64,000 nt of DNA from Octopus bimaculoides (Eukaryota). A program made the translations under genes and the position numbers. Numbering within the stretch: position 1 is the stretch's first letter; the number at the start of each line of letters is the position of its first letter. The DNA lies in NCBI RefSeq assembly GCF_001194135.2, contig NC_068994.1:20547225-20611224 (forward strand), written 5' to 3'. The notes beneath the pieces were generated by a model. The model saw nothing but the letters and a program-made list of their open reading frames with translations. It ran no database searches and was not told where the DNA came from. This document shows, piece after piece, positions 1-12,453 of the stretch.

Positions 1-325
1 ATGTTTCTACTGCATGGATTGTCTTTTTGTCTCTGGCTCAAAGTGATGAACCCAACAGTCATCCAGCTGGATCTGCCTCAAGCTATGTCATACCAAGTTC
101 ATGGTGCAGAATATTATCAACCCTCTCACAAGATATGCTAATAACACTGGACAGTTGATTTATAGCCACTTGCTTGTCAATTTATAATCAATTTATTGTC
201 AATAGCATCACGATGTGGTGAACACAATGTTTTCCTTGGTGGTATTAATGCATGCAAGATTTCACAGCTCTAGCATCGTTCCTTCATAGTCAGCCTATGA
301 ACTTTTCAGCTCAGCATCATAGGCT
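1..325 (-). mobile_element. Mariner relic, 5' part (continues beyond the window)
   Basis: Translates to DDCWVHHFEPETKRQSMQ*KH. TIR-like TATGATGCTGAGCTGAAAAGTTCATAGGCTGAC near 290-322. Confidence 0.7.
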
Positions 326-1052
326 CAAAGCTAAAAACAATGTAACTGGCTTACAAATGGTGTCAGTAATTTGTTTTGTACCTACCATTAAAGTCTTTCA
401 CCTTTCTTTATAAATGATAGCAAATTGCTTGCATACAATATTTTTGATGGTCTCATAGAAGCCTTAAACTAAATGGATGCTATTTATTTACTGTTCAAAA
501 CTTAGCATGAAAGTGGTTTTGGTACACAAAAATTTGTTGCTATCAATCCCCATGCAATATGAAATCTATACGAAAGAAATGTTTAACAACATTAAGCAAC
601 TTTCCATCTCTATAAATTATAAGGTGGTGAGCAGGCAGAATCATCAGCATGCAGGGCAAAATGCTTGGCAGCATTTCATCAGTCTTTATGTTATGAGTTC
701 AAGTCCAACCATAGTCAACATTGGCTTTCGTCCTTTCAGGGTTGATAAAATAAGTACCAGTAATTGACTTAACCTCTCCCCCGAAATTGCTGGCCTTGTG
801 CCAAAATTTGAAATTAATATCTATAAATTACGACAATTATAGATGACAAATTTGTAGTGATTTGAAAGTTGTGTGAGTTATGGTTGGAATGTAACAGCAA
901 CCTTGTTATAGAAAATACTAATACTTTTTATGTAAATGAGAAAAAAATCAGGTTTCATATCAAACCCAGAAAAAATAATCTAAAAGAAGTATAATTATAA
1001 CTGAAAGATTTCAACTAATCTTTAAAAATAAAAATCAGAGTGAATTTTGTAA

Positions 1053-1400
1053 TCTTTGCTTTGCTTGCTTTTGCTTTATGGGGCTGGGGTCATCCTGGGT
1101 TAGTGATTCCAGAGACATCATCATGTGTAGAGCTGACCAGATGCACCAGTACTCTTCATCATGGTGGTCCTGTGCCAGCCCCTCTGCATCCTTCAAGGTG
1201 ATGTTGAGCCTCTAGACATCTTCCCCAATCACGTCGAGCCATCTGGTGTGGGGTCTGCCACAAGGCCTTTTCCAGCTCACAGCTGCGGCGTTGAATGAGA
1301 GTAAAGCCCTGGTAGGATGATCTAGCAGGAGACAGAGTACATGTCCATTTCAGTGCATACAACTGTTTTCATCTTAAATATATTTTGGCTGTTGACCAAT
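1053..1400 (-). mobile_element. RTE-like LINE 3' end with (AAGC)n tail
   Basis: DHPTRALLSF..WKRPCGRPHTRWLDVI..D followed by a short tandem tail. Confidence 0.6.
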
Positions 1401-1431
1401 GTTGTTGAAGCATGTCACCCTCCTAATGATA

Positions 1432-1478
<47 letters not shown>

Positions 1479-1605
1479 GTGAAGTTAATTTTGTACATGA
1501 TGTTCTAAGATAAATAAATTCAAGCAAATGGAATGGCATTTGAACAAGTAATCCAGAGCCTTAGCTACACAGATGCCGCAACCATAAGTTCTTACATTCT
1601 TAAAA

Positions 1606-1606
1606 T

Positions 1607-1685
<79 letters not shown>

Positions 1686-1918
1686 AAAAAAGAAAGAAAA
1701 AAAGAAAGAAAGAAAGAAAGAAAAAAAGAAAGAAAGAAAGAAAGAAAAAAAGAAAGAAAGAAAGAAAGAAAGAAANNNNNNNNNNNNNNNNNNNNNNNNN
1801 NNNNNNNNNNNNNNNNNNNNNNNNNNNNNNNNNNNNNNNNNNNNNNNNNNNNNNNNNNNNNNNNNNNNNNNNNNNNNAAGGAAGGAAGGAAGGAAGGAAG
1901 GAAGGAAGGAAGGAAGGA
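1606..1918. repeat. (AAAG)n / gap / (AAGG)n microsatellite next to the exon 10 donor
   Basis: Seen directly; spans N gap 1776-1877. (TAC)n lies at about 1430-1476. Confidence 0.95.
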
Positions 1919-1931
1919 TAATTTTACTCAC

Positions 1932-2102
1932 ATTGTGACCTGCACGAGAACCAGTGACTTTCTTTAACAACATATCCAGAACATCAAATGTATACTGGCA
2001 ATCCCCTCGGACAAGTCGTTCTCCTCTGCTGCTCCCAGAAGTAATATCATTGAGGAGATCATGTAGTTGGCAGATTAAACCAGATTGACTTGAATGGCAT
2101 TG
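1932..2102 (-). CDS. HPS1: HPS1 coding exon 10 (QCHSSQSGLICQLHDLLNDITSG...DVLDMLLKKVTGSRAGHN); later exons not located
   Basis: Acceptor TTTCCAG|, donor AAT|GTGAGT, 171 nt open, phase 0-0. Helical pattern compatible with human LALVLSQLMDGF. Confidence 0.82.
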
Positions 2103-3269
2103 CTGGAAATTAGAATACAGCCAGTAGTTATGGGATCTCTTTAAGAAAACCTTTCTCTGAAGTCATCATCTATGGTGACTCCAATGTTCTTGGCTTTTGC
2201 ACTCATCACACACTGATGTTGCTTATACAAATATCAAATATTTTGTAAGCATTAACTCTTTACAACAATTAATGTTATCCCCTATACATATCTCTGACTG
2301 ATACACATGGATACGCCAAACATCGTTCATCTCTTCCTCATCTCCAAAGGTCTCTGTACCTTTCAGCATGTTCTAACTCTATCATGACTACCCAACGAGC
2401 AACCAAAGTTATTATATTAATATAAAACTAGCAGTACTTGTGGAAATGCCATGGTAAATGAAAAATGTTTTCGATGGTTGGTAGTTTATATAAAACCATA
2501 AAAATTAGTGTTTCTTGTGAACTTGTATATTCAGCATGATTTTCATTTTAAAAATATTTCAGTTTTTCTGGATAAGGCTGATGGAGTGTGACTTTCCCAT
2601 TTTCTCAGTAGTTCAGAGGTTCATTTATAAATCTAAGAGTTTCACATATATTTGCAGTCTTTTTCTTTACATTCTCTCTCATTTTCATTTTCTATTCTAT
2701 CTGGAATACATTCTTTGTTGTAAATACTCATTGTATTCTCTTTGATTCATATTTTCCCTTCTCTGCTACTGTTCCCATGCTTACTCTGGTGATTTAAACT
2801 TCTATTTCTCTTTACATCGTTGCTTATACCATCTTATTCTTTCTCTTGTTAGCTTATATCGCCTGTCATCCATATTCTATAAAAAATAACAATGTTCAAG
2901 CAAGCAGACAATAAATTACTTGACTAGTACTTATTTTACTAGCCTCGGAAAGATGAAAGGCAGAAATTTGGAATAAGTGGACAGTTGATTAGATTAACGA
3001 TATATTAAGACCCACATCAAAAACTGGAAGGCTTAAATGATTCTGCTAATCTACTGTTTATCTTGGGTTACATTAAATGAAAAAACATGCTTTGTATCAA
3101 TGATAACAATATGACTTTGCTGCAACTGGGAAAGCAAATCAGTCATACATCAGGAAATATTGTTAGGGTCTTTGTTAGTCAGTAAGAGATAGCATAAAAA
3201 ATATATACAACAGTCTATTATACTCCTTTCATTCATATAATTGACCTTGTCTATTTAATCTTTCTGACT

Positions 3270-3859
3270 CCCTTCTAAGTAATACACGGTGCAGCATATA
3301 TGAGGTGTCCACCTCTTGTCTTGGTCTCCAAATTTACACCCAAAATAATATTTATAGACAGTTTTTAATTTGGTGGCAATGTTCTTCTGCTGGTCACACA
3401 GAGCAAATTTTCCACATATATAACAAAAGTTATCTCAGTGATTCACACAGCTGTTCCTATTCATAATCTAAAACAATAAACACAATTAAAACAGTAATCA
3501 TGCAGAGTAATATGTGACGACAATGCACACGATACTGAGAGTTACCAAGAACAAACTGATGTATCTGGCACTTGCACACAATACATCAGCGCCATCTACT
3601 GCTAAGCTAAATAATGAACTTTCTCATCGTTTGTTTTATTGCTGTTAATTCTTTAATTTTGAATTAAGACTGTTTTCATTTTAGCAAATTTTATAATACA
3701 GCCTATATCGAGCTAAAAGTATAGTTATAATCTTGCACATGTGCATAACTCAAAATCCTGACGTGCTAGAACAATTCTGAGTGTGGATTCAGAATCAGCA
3801 TCCTCAATTTCATCTAAAACACATGCTTTTACCCCAGTAGCAAAATCTTTGTTGCCCTC
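3270..3859 (-). mobile_element. DNA transposon 5' relic with FCYICG...GDQDKRWTPH motif (superfamily uncertain, possibly Sola)
   Basis: MNRNSCVNH*DNFCYICGKF...FGCKFGDQDKRWTPHICC; terminus GAGGGCAACAAAG at 3859. Confidence 0.6.
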
Positions 3860-4389
3860 TGTTATTGCACTTATGTGCACACATTAAGTGAAAGGCAATA
3901 TAAAAAATTTAGTTCAATATAAAAAAAATACTACACTTCACACTATCCATCACCATCTCCATCACCATCTCCACCACCATCATTATAGTTTTCAGCAACA
4001 CAGCTCAGTCTAAGTTGTTTCCATCTCATTTCAGTTCAGTACAACTTTGTGAATTCAAATTCTTTTCTGTGAATCCATTATAAGGGAGCAGAAAAATACA
4101 GATAATTGCACAGACAATAATGAAAATGATAAAGATAACACCCCTAAGAAGAAGGCGTAAAAGCCCACAAGTTCTTACAAAAAGAAGTAGCATCTAAAAT
4201 GTTGACAAATGAAAAATTTTCTCAAATGTTTCTGAAAATCAAGTAAAATCACTTGTAGTTTGAGTCAAATTGAAAGACATGAATAGATTCGAATAGCATT
4301 AAAAAAATAAATAAATTTGATAAATAATATTTCAAAAGTAACAGAAACATGAGCAATCCTCTATTTACATAGCACAGATAACAGCTTAC

Positions 4390-4617
4390 CTCTAAAACAA
4401 TAACCAAGACAATGCCAGGAATCACTTCTATACAGAACAATTGATGTGGAGTAAACAAACATGCAGAAGTATGTAAACACACAGGAATTGGTTTTATGGC
4501 AGTGTTAAATAGTTTTGATCTAGAACTTGTAGACTGACTGCTGGATTCAGTGGTTCCAGTATACTTCCTCGATTGTTTCTTGGCACTACTAGAAGCTAGT
4601 TTGGGTTCAGTGCTTGC
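4390..4617 (-). CDS. HPS1: HPS1 coding exon 9 (ASTEPK...CLHTSACLFTPHQLFCIEVIPGIVLVIVLE)
   Basis: Acceptor TTTATCTTTCTAG|, donor GAG|GTAAGC, 228 nt, phase 0-0. Matches human [22 protein letters not shown]. Confidence 0.9.
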
Positions 4618-4828
4618 CTAGAAAGATAAAAAGAAAGCATTCATATGGAACTAATTTAATGGTTTTGTCTTGTAATAATCTTCATGACAGTTTTCATAAA
4701 AATTCCTGAAACAATAAAAGAAATGTATTATTTGATAGACAACTCAGCAGGATTAGTTGGAATTAATAAGAACTGTAATGGTTCAGAGGTTTGTATTGTG
4801 TTATAAAGGTAAAACAAATTTATCTGCA

Positions 4829-5561
4829 TATGAGGAGGTACTCAAAAGTAATCAGAAATGTTCTCTGTGTGCCACTAGAAATCACTTGATGTGACCCTCA
4901 GGCATCAGTCTGTTGACTGGTGTCACCAAAGAAAGTTGTACTACCACATGAACTGTCTTTGTTTTGCAGTGCTTCTCCTCTGTTCATCAATTTTTGTGAT
5001 GGCTGAAACAAAGGAACAGTGTGCTTCCATGAAATTCTGCTTTCTGCTAAGTAAAATGGCAACCAAAACAGTTGTCATGCTTCAAACAGCTTACAAGGAT
5101 ACTGCAATGTGTGAAAACACAAGTTTGCGAGTGGTTTTCATGCTTTAGGAATAGTCACTTGTTGCTTGAAGACCAACCTTGTTCAGGGCAACTGGTGACC
5201 TCCCAAACAAATGAAAACATCATGAAAATTCATGAACTGATCTTGGAGGATAATACCCACCCTCTCTATTCGCCTGATCCTACTCCCTACAACTTTTTTT
5301 TTGTTCACCAGAATGAAAAACGTCCTTAAAGGAAAACGTTTTGCAGATGTAGAAGAGGTGAAGGAAAAAATGACAGAGGTGTTAAGAGCCATCACTTCAC
5401 CAGAGTTCTAGAACTGCTTTTGAACTGGGGGAAAATGCATCTGGACCAATGCATTGCTTCAAATGGAGAATAATTTGAAGGCAATAAAAGTGTAAACGTG
5501 TAAAACTAAGTGATTAAAATAACATTACAAATTTCTGGTTTCTTTTGGCTACCCTCTCATA
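4829..5561 (+). mobile_element. Internally deleted mariner, TA-flanked
   Basis: Diverged TIRs of about 30 bp. Transposase remnants CASMKFCFLL..MATKTV and HPLYSPD are joined across a deletion. Confidence 0.8.
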
Positions 5562-5889
5562 CATTTAATGTTCAACCTAATTGATAGACAAATCTCAATC
5601 ACTGCCTTACTCCCTGACTACTTGTTACTACCTCCTTATGATGTCAGCTATTTTCATAAATGGAATGATAAAGATTACGTTTTTAGTAACATTAATCAAA
5701 CTAAGGAAAGATCTGACTCACTGCTGAAGTTGGTAGAGACTTCATTTGTGTGCAGAGCTGACACATCCAGAGGAAGAAATAAACTCATGCAATGGGAAAT
5801 CTATTATTTCTTGATTGTCACAAGTTTGGATGTCACTGAAAGTGACACACATGTAGAAGGTAATAATCCAGTACATCCACAGCTCCATA

Positions 5890-6378
5890 AAGATGTGCTG
5901 ATCTTTCAATATGGATGGAACTTGTGGAAGAGGGGGGGTTCAGGAAGGCATGGGATGAGGTACTGAAGGACTAGCTCAGGACAATAAACCTTTCAGATGA
6001 GACGACAAAGGACCCAGATACCTGATGCCTTATTGTACCCAAGAAGACCTGTCCTCCACAACAGAAGTGCTAAGACCATTCCTCCTGATTAAGAGGATTG
6101 GCCTGCAAAAGCCCTGTGCTAGTGCCATGTAAAAAGCACTTGTGCCAGTGCCATGTAAAAGTGCTCATGCTGGTGTCACGTTAAAAGCACCCAGTACACA
6201 CTGTAAAGTGGTTGGCATTAGGAAGGGCATCTAGCTGTAGAAACCAAGCCAAATCGAATTGGAAACTAGTGCAGCTTTCCAGCTTGCCATCTCTTGTCAA
6301 ACTGTCCAACCCATGCCAGCATGGAAAACAGGCATTAAAGAATGATGATGATGATGATGACAATGATGATGATGATTG
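5890..6378 (+). mobile_element. RTE 3' end
   Basis: ORF-end remnant, AAAAGCAC repeat units, GGAAGGGCATC core and (GAT)n tail. Further family copies at about 7612-7960 (-) and 54145-54295 (-). Confidence 0.75.
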
Positions 6379-7208
6379 AAAGTACCTAAGCTGATAGATA
6401 ACAACCACTTTTCTTCGGGTGTTTGATATTACTAAGAACAGGGTGAAGGATATTTCATTCTCTTGGGAGAAAAGGTGAGACATTGTCAATAAATTTAAAA
6501 TAGTATGAATGCCAACAACACAGAAAAGAAAATCTCTTGCCATCCTTGATAAAAATTGAATTCCTACAAAAATAAATTAGAAGAGTCCTAATCAAATTTA
6601 AGCTTGCTATTTGTTAAAAGAATTTTACCTGATAAAAAAAACTGTTAAATTTTGATAATTAATGAACTACATTTATTGATTTCTCCAATTTAATCAAAAT
6701 GAACCATTAGAATTCAGTTTTAGCATAAGATATGGTATAAAATAACTTAAGGCTGTAGATATTTTGATATTTGACTCCTCTGCAATAGCTGATAACAGAG
6801 TTTAGAATTATGAGTTATATAGTGCTCCTACTGCTTATATTGAAATGTACTGCTCCATGGTACCTATTTGGAGTAGGATGGTCATAATCATTGAAAGATA
6901 ATCAAGTAAAAAATTTCACCTAGTAACCACACCTTTGTGACAGAATTACAGCCAATCAAGCTCTCTTTTATTCTGATGCCTACTCAACAGCAGATCAAAG
7001 GGCCACTGTTTATTGGGGTTTTTTTCTTGGCACAATGTCGAATGAATATTGTAAAAGATTTAGAATCATGTGGTCTTACCACCAAAAGCATATTTGTTAT
7101 GAAAAGTTCAACTATCCAGAGATCTTTTTAAAATTTGGCAGGAAAACATGTAATGGCATTCTCTCTCTCTCTCTCTCTCACATACACACACACTCTCTCA
7201 CACACTCA

Positions 7209-7258
<50 letters not shown>

Positions 7259-9536
7259 TCTCATGCTTTGTCTCACACATATTTAGTTAAAGGATGTTTT
7301 GTGAAAATAAAGACATACTTCTCAATCTGTTGCTCATACAGATATTTTCATCTTGTCACAGCAAAACTTTATTATATGCAAACATGAAACTTTTTATGTT
7401 GAAAATACTGTTATTGCTTATTTGAGTTTTCTCCATTACTCTTATTATATACTCAACATTTAGTCAGAATTCAATAACCCTAACCCTATTAGTGTTATTA
7501 AAAATTCGATATTTGAGCTTCTCTTGTCTTCCTTCATTTTTATTTTTTTCATCTCCATTTCCATTTGCATCATAACTTTTAACACTAAAGACCCTTCATT
7601 CATGTTTGATGTCATCATCATCCTTTAGCATTCATTCTCCACGCTGGCATGGGTTGGATAACTCGACAGGAGTTGGCCAGCTAGAGAGCTGACCAACTAG
7701 AGAGCTGACCTGCCCAGCTCCATTTGTCTATTTTGGCATGGCTTCTATGGTTGGATGCCCTTCCTAAGGCCAACCACTTTACAGAGCGTACTAGGTGCTT
7801 TTTCGTGGCACCAGCATGGGCCCTTTTACATGGTACCAGCATGAATGCTTTTACATGGCACAGGCAGGGGTTCTTTTACATGGCACCAGCATGGGTACTT
7901 TTATGTAACACCAGTACCCACAAACCCACAAGACTAGGATCTTTCAGCTGAGAGAGGGATGCAGAGGGCATGCCTGAGTGCATGGACTGCTTTTTCATAA
8001 ATCTCATATTATCCTGTCAATTTGTTTTCCTCTTTAATCTGTTTCTATTCAATGATTTTTTTCTTTTTTTAGTCTTCTCTCAGACTATGTTAATTTGATA
8101 CTCTGATAAGGAATGGAAATGTCATATTATCAGTAGCAAAACAGTGTTACTTTTCACACACAGAATTTCTTGACGGGAAAATTTTATCAGGCAAATGCAA
8201 TTGCATGATGTATGCATATAATAAGAAGTATTAAAATGTCTAATACCCTTCCCCAGCATGGCCGCAGTCTAATGACTGAAACAAGTAAAAGATACAAAAG
8301 ATATCCTCAATATTCCTTTTTGGTCAACTTCATAAACATGTATTGTCTATTTTCAAAAGGGGAATTATTACACTGAGAACTGAATTTAGAAACTTTACTA
8401 GATGCTTATGATTACACTAATATTTTGTGGGTAATTGAGTTGTTGTCAGCTCTGTTTCAATTGAGATGTGCACAGAGGAAGAAAATTAGGCAGTTGGAGT
8501 CAGCCATAAGATTTTTCCATTCAAGATATGTCATATTTCAATCTACTTGTGATTATGCAACTATGCAGTATACTCTACCATGCAGTGCTTGATTGAGTGA
8601 GGTGTAGAGTAGTCATTAGATCATGCTGTGTCAATTTTGTCACAGTAAAGATGAGCAAAGTGGGCTTAATGTGAAAGCATTGTTTCTTCAGGATTCACAA
8701 GAGGGAGTCAGTAGTGGCACAGCACAGAGTTAGAATATAATATGGCCAATAATAATGGAGATATTTTGGTTATGTGTGTTTTTGTATTTGTTCGGATTAG
8801 ACAGAAATGAGATAGAATAGTATTGTGCTATTATGTTAGGATGTTTATGAGTGATTGGGTAAGTAGTCATGGAACTGTGTGGATGAGAGTTGATAACACA
8901 CATGAATTGTGCTTCTCACATATCAATATATTTTAATGTCCATGGTTTGTTGCTGTAAACAGTTTAGAGACAAGGTGTGTATGCAACCTATTTTAAGTTG
9001 AAGTGTCCTACTGTAGAAGTTTATGGTTGTTGTTGTGTTGTTGTTGCCTAGCCCTGAGACAGTTTCCTAAATGAGGGCAGACCTATGATCAAAAACCATT
9101 CCAGCTATAGCCAAGCTGTCTTTTCTTTTGGAATAAGGAATCCCATACATCATTATCCAACATATTTTTACGAGACATTGAGGGAGATTTGGCTGCTATT
9201 TCTAATATGTTAAGCAACCAGATAAATGCTCCTTAACTAGCTTGATATATTGTTAGTAAACTAGAGTGGTGTTTTCCTTATTTTAGTTCAATGTCTTCAA
9301 TTCATGTCAAGAAAATGATATTAAAGATATTTGATGAAGTCTAGAGGATAAGCAAGAATGATGTAAGGTTTCAGAATTCTAGAAGAGATAAAAAAAATTG
9401 TGTTCAGGAACATTAGAAATGCAAGTAAAATTGAATCATTAAAGAAAATATGTAAATAGATCAAAAATATTTCCCCATATCATTTTGACGATATTTCATA
9501 CAAATGTATCAGAGTAAAAAAAGTACACATACCTAC

Positions 9537-9628
9537 CTCAATATTTGCTTTGTTGATATTATAAGAAATACTCTCAGAACTGATATTTTCATTATCCTCT
9601 TCAATACTGCTGCTACTATGCTGTACAT
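9537..9628 (-). CDS. HPS1: HPS1 coding exon 8 (VQHSSSSIEEDNENISSESISYNINKANIE)
   Basis: Acceptor TTTTCTGTGTAG|, donor GAG|GTAGGT, 92 nt open, phase 1-0. S/E-rich composition fits the linker. Confidence 0.7.
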
Positions 9629-10123
9629 CTACACAGAAAATGGATATATTAATATGATAGATGGGTCTGTTAGCATATAGATAGACATACTACAAAGATA
9701 TATTGACATATGGACATAACATGGAGCAAATCAGCTAGATAGATATATAAACAGACAGATAAATTTTCAAGACAAAATTAATCGGTTGGATATCTAACTG
9801 GATGATGGAGGAGCCATACTTTCTTTGACAGCCAAATATAGCAAGTTAAAGTATGACAAGTCTAGCATGCTGGAAATGTTGATTTATCTTTAACTTTTAG
9901 CTGAAGTTGCCAGAGCAAAGATGACTAAGTTAAACTTTTTATAGCATAATCACACAAAACGTGTCAAAAACACAGGCACACATAATCGCATATTTGAAAT
10001 AAGAAACAGATGAAAGTAACATGTTACAAACAGTGACAGTTCATAAATAAATATTTACACAAATAATTCATCCACATGATGAAAGAATTGCATATTGGTA
10101 GAGATGGGGGATATTTTCATTAA

Positions 10124-10341
10124 CCCTTTTGTTACTATATTTATGTTTAAATACACTGCTTTTCTTTAAATTATTTTTGAAAATAATGAAGAAACTTGTA
10201 AAATAACTGTCATTATTAATCATATGTTTGGAAAACAATTAACAAGAAATTTTGATGGAAGGTTTTAATTCAGATCACTTTAAACAGGAAATTTGTAAAA
10301 CAGAACCAGGAGCTGTCTTATGTGGGTCGGTAACAAAAGGG
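10124..10341. mobile_element. piggyBac-like MITE
   Basis: TTAA-CCCTTTTGTTAC...GTAACAAAAGGG-TTAA, perfect 12-bp TIR. Confidence 0.8.
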
Positions 10342-11860
10342 TTAAAAGAAAGCCAAGTTTTGTGAGACTACCAACTACCGGCCTATGCTTTAAACCTGCA
10401 GTAGTAGCCCCCTATTTTGTCATCCTGCCAAGATATATTTTCTCAACCCTTTCTTCTAGGACTGCAAACAAGCTGGAATTCTCTCATTGTTAATGTTTTT
10501 TAGCAGACATTAACAGATGTTCAAAGTAAACATCAACTGCATCAATCTCATTAGTCTGAAAGGACCTGCAAAAGTCATGGGCACTGCCTTTATTCCAGTA
10601 ACTAACTTGTTAAAGAAAACATACTCACAACTATATTAACTCAAACACAAATATTAAAAAGAAATTAATCTGATGAAGGGCAATGTTCATACCTTTCATC
10701 AGACAAGATAAGGTGATGCACATAGACAATAGACAATATACACCCCCACACACACACATACATAATTAGTACTAATGGTTATTAATTAATGATTGTAACA
10801 CATGTAAAACTATCAATTATCTGAAAATATCTACAAAGTTTGTGGCCAGTATACATCCACTCTCACCCCTTCCACTGCTCTTGACAATCCAGGCCCACCA
10901 TCATTAGTTTATCCTGATTAGTTATCTTGGTAGCTAAATGTCCTCCTCTACTTACATTCATGAAGATAGTCTCATTCCCAGCCATTGCAGATTACTATTT
11001 TGAACTCCTTGTATGCACATAAAAGAGACAGCTGTTGTGGCAGCTACCTTACACTATCATCTTAGACTTCCTTTGTACATAACATCCCCTACATCTTGGA
11101 AACAGCTATTACTTCCAATAGTCTTAGACTGAAACTCTAAGTTTCTTGGTAACTCTCTCTTGGTTGCACTGCTATTGTAGATTCCCATGACCGTTTGTTG
11201 CCATCAAATTCCATTATTATGAATTTGAATTGGGAACTTGAGTCATAGAGATTAACTGATGCATATCAGTTAATCTCTTGATAGAGTTTGGTGATCCTGA
11301 CCATTGATCTTCTAGGATTCCTCCACTCAGTATCAATGTAAGAAACATTGTTGGCTCAGTTGAGCTCTTCCGCTGCCTCTTCACAATCTGCTATGCTGCA
11401 GTCCCATGATTTCACTGTATCTCTGGCAGGGTAGCTGAACAGGTGCTATACCTTGCCAAAAGACAACCCATAACTATGCAGGGCACAGTTGTCACTCTGT
11501 GGGGCATTTTCAATATACTGTATACCCACCCTTGGTAACTGAATCACTCCTTACATAGTGATGAGACATAAAAATGAGTATTTAAAAAGGGTTCTGTCTT
11601 AATTGCACAGAGGAGATATACATTACATAAGCGGAAGTTAAAATAGACTGTCAAGAAGAGCAGAAACTTATTAAAAAAAAAATAGAAAGAGAGACACTTT
11701 AATCCTGAAAGATGACCTTTAGAATCAATGGCACAACAAAATGCATCATGCTGTAAAATGGTTGGCAATAGAAAAGAACAAACAGCCATAATAATCATCC
11801 TATACAAGTATGGGAATCAAATGTAAAATAATAATGATAAAGAAAATAGAGAAAGCTTAC

Positions 11861-11966
11861 TATCAGAGATGTTTCTACTAGAGACGGATAGCAAATCTGC
11901 TGATGATACTTCACAGTTGTCAAGATCTTCTAAGTAACTACATGATGCTTTATGGATTTCAAAACT
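11861..11966 (-). CDS. HPS1: HPS1 coding exon 7 (SFEIHKASCSYLEDLDNCEVSSADLLSVSSRNISD)
   Basis: Acceptor TTTGCAG|, donor ATA|GTAAGC, 106 nt open, phase 0-1. Together with exon 8 it restores phase 0. It lies in the unconserved linker, so support is splice sites and phase only. Confidence 0.7.
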
Positions 11967-12327
11967 CTGCAAATTTATAAGATAATAATGGTTTCTTCAT
12001 TTGGTATAAAACAGCAAATTCGTCAGGGAGTAAAAATTGTTAACTGAATCAATTCCAGTACATAAGTGGTAGTAATGAGCAGTTATTTTATGGATTTTGT
12101 AGAAGATCTGAATTCAGAAAATATGGGGAGCAAAGTAGATATTGCAAGGCATTTAGCCAAGCACAGCACAATACTGGTACCACTACTACTTTAGTCACCA
12201 AAAATTCTGAAAATTTTTTATGTAAGGTACCTCTGTCATTATTACTACCATCATCTGACAATTATGTACTATTACTATCTATTACATTATTTACATTTGA
12301 CAGCTACCTTATCTTGTTTGTTGTTAA

Positions 12328-12373
12328 AACACAACATTTCAGCTGATATAACCTCCAGCCTTCATCAGGTGTC
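12328..12373 (-). ncRNA. Minimal type I hammerhead ribozyme motif (left arm; GAAA intact, C15.2 changed to U)
   Basis: GACAC-CUGAUGA-A-GGCUG(gagguuauau)CAGCU-GAAAU-GUU-GUGUU. Confidence 0.7.
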
Positions 12374-12422
12374 TTGGGGAAATTTCGAACCTGGGTTCTC
12401 CTTCCTAAGGTATTTTTTGATG

Positions 12423-12453
<31 letters not shown>

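Noticed and set aside
402-462. Possible further HPS1 exon (FYETIKNIVCKQFAIIYKE)
   Set aside because: It resembles human KRQLCAIY only weakly, has a poor acceptor, and starts in phase 1, which does not follow exon 10.
1485-1973. Long ORFs across the AAAG repeat and ORFs running through N gaps
   Set aside because: They are artefacts of stop-free microsatellites and X translation.
5568-5966. 132-aa plus-strand ORF
   Set aside because: No recognisable domain; its 3' part is RTE sequence and it is antisense within an HPS1 intron.
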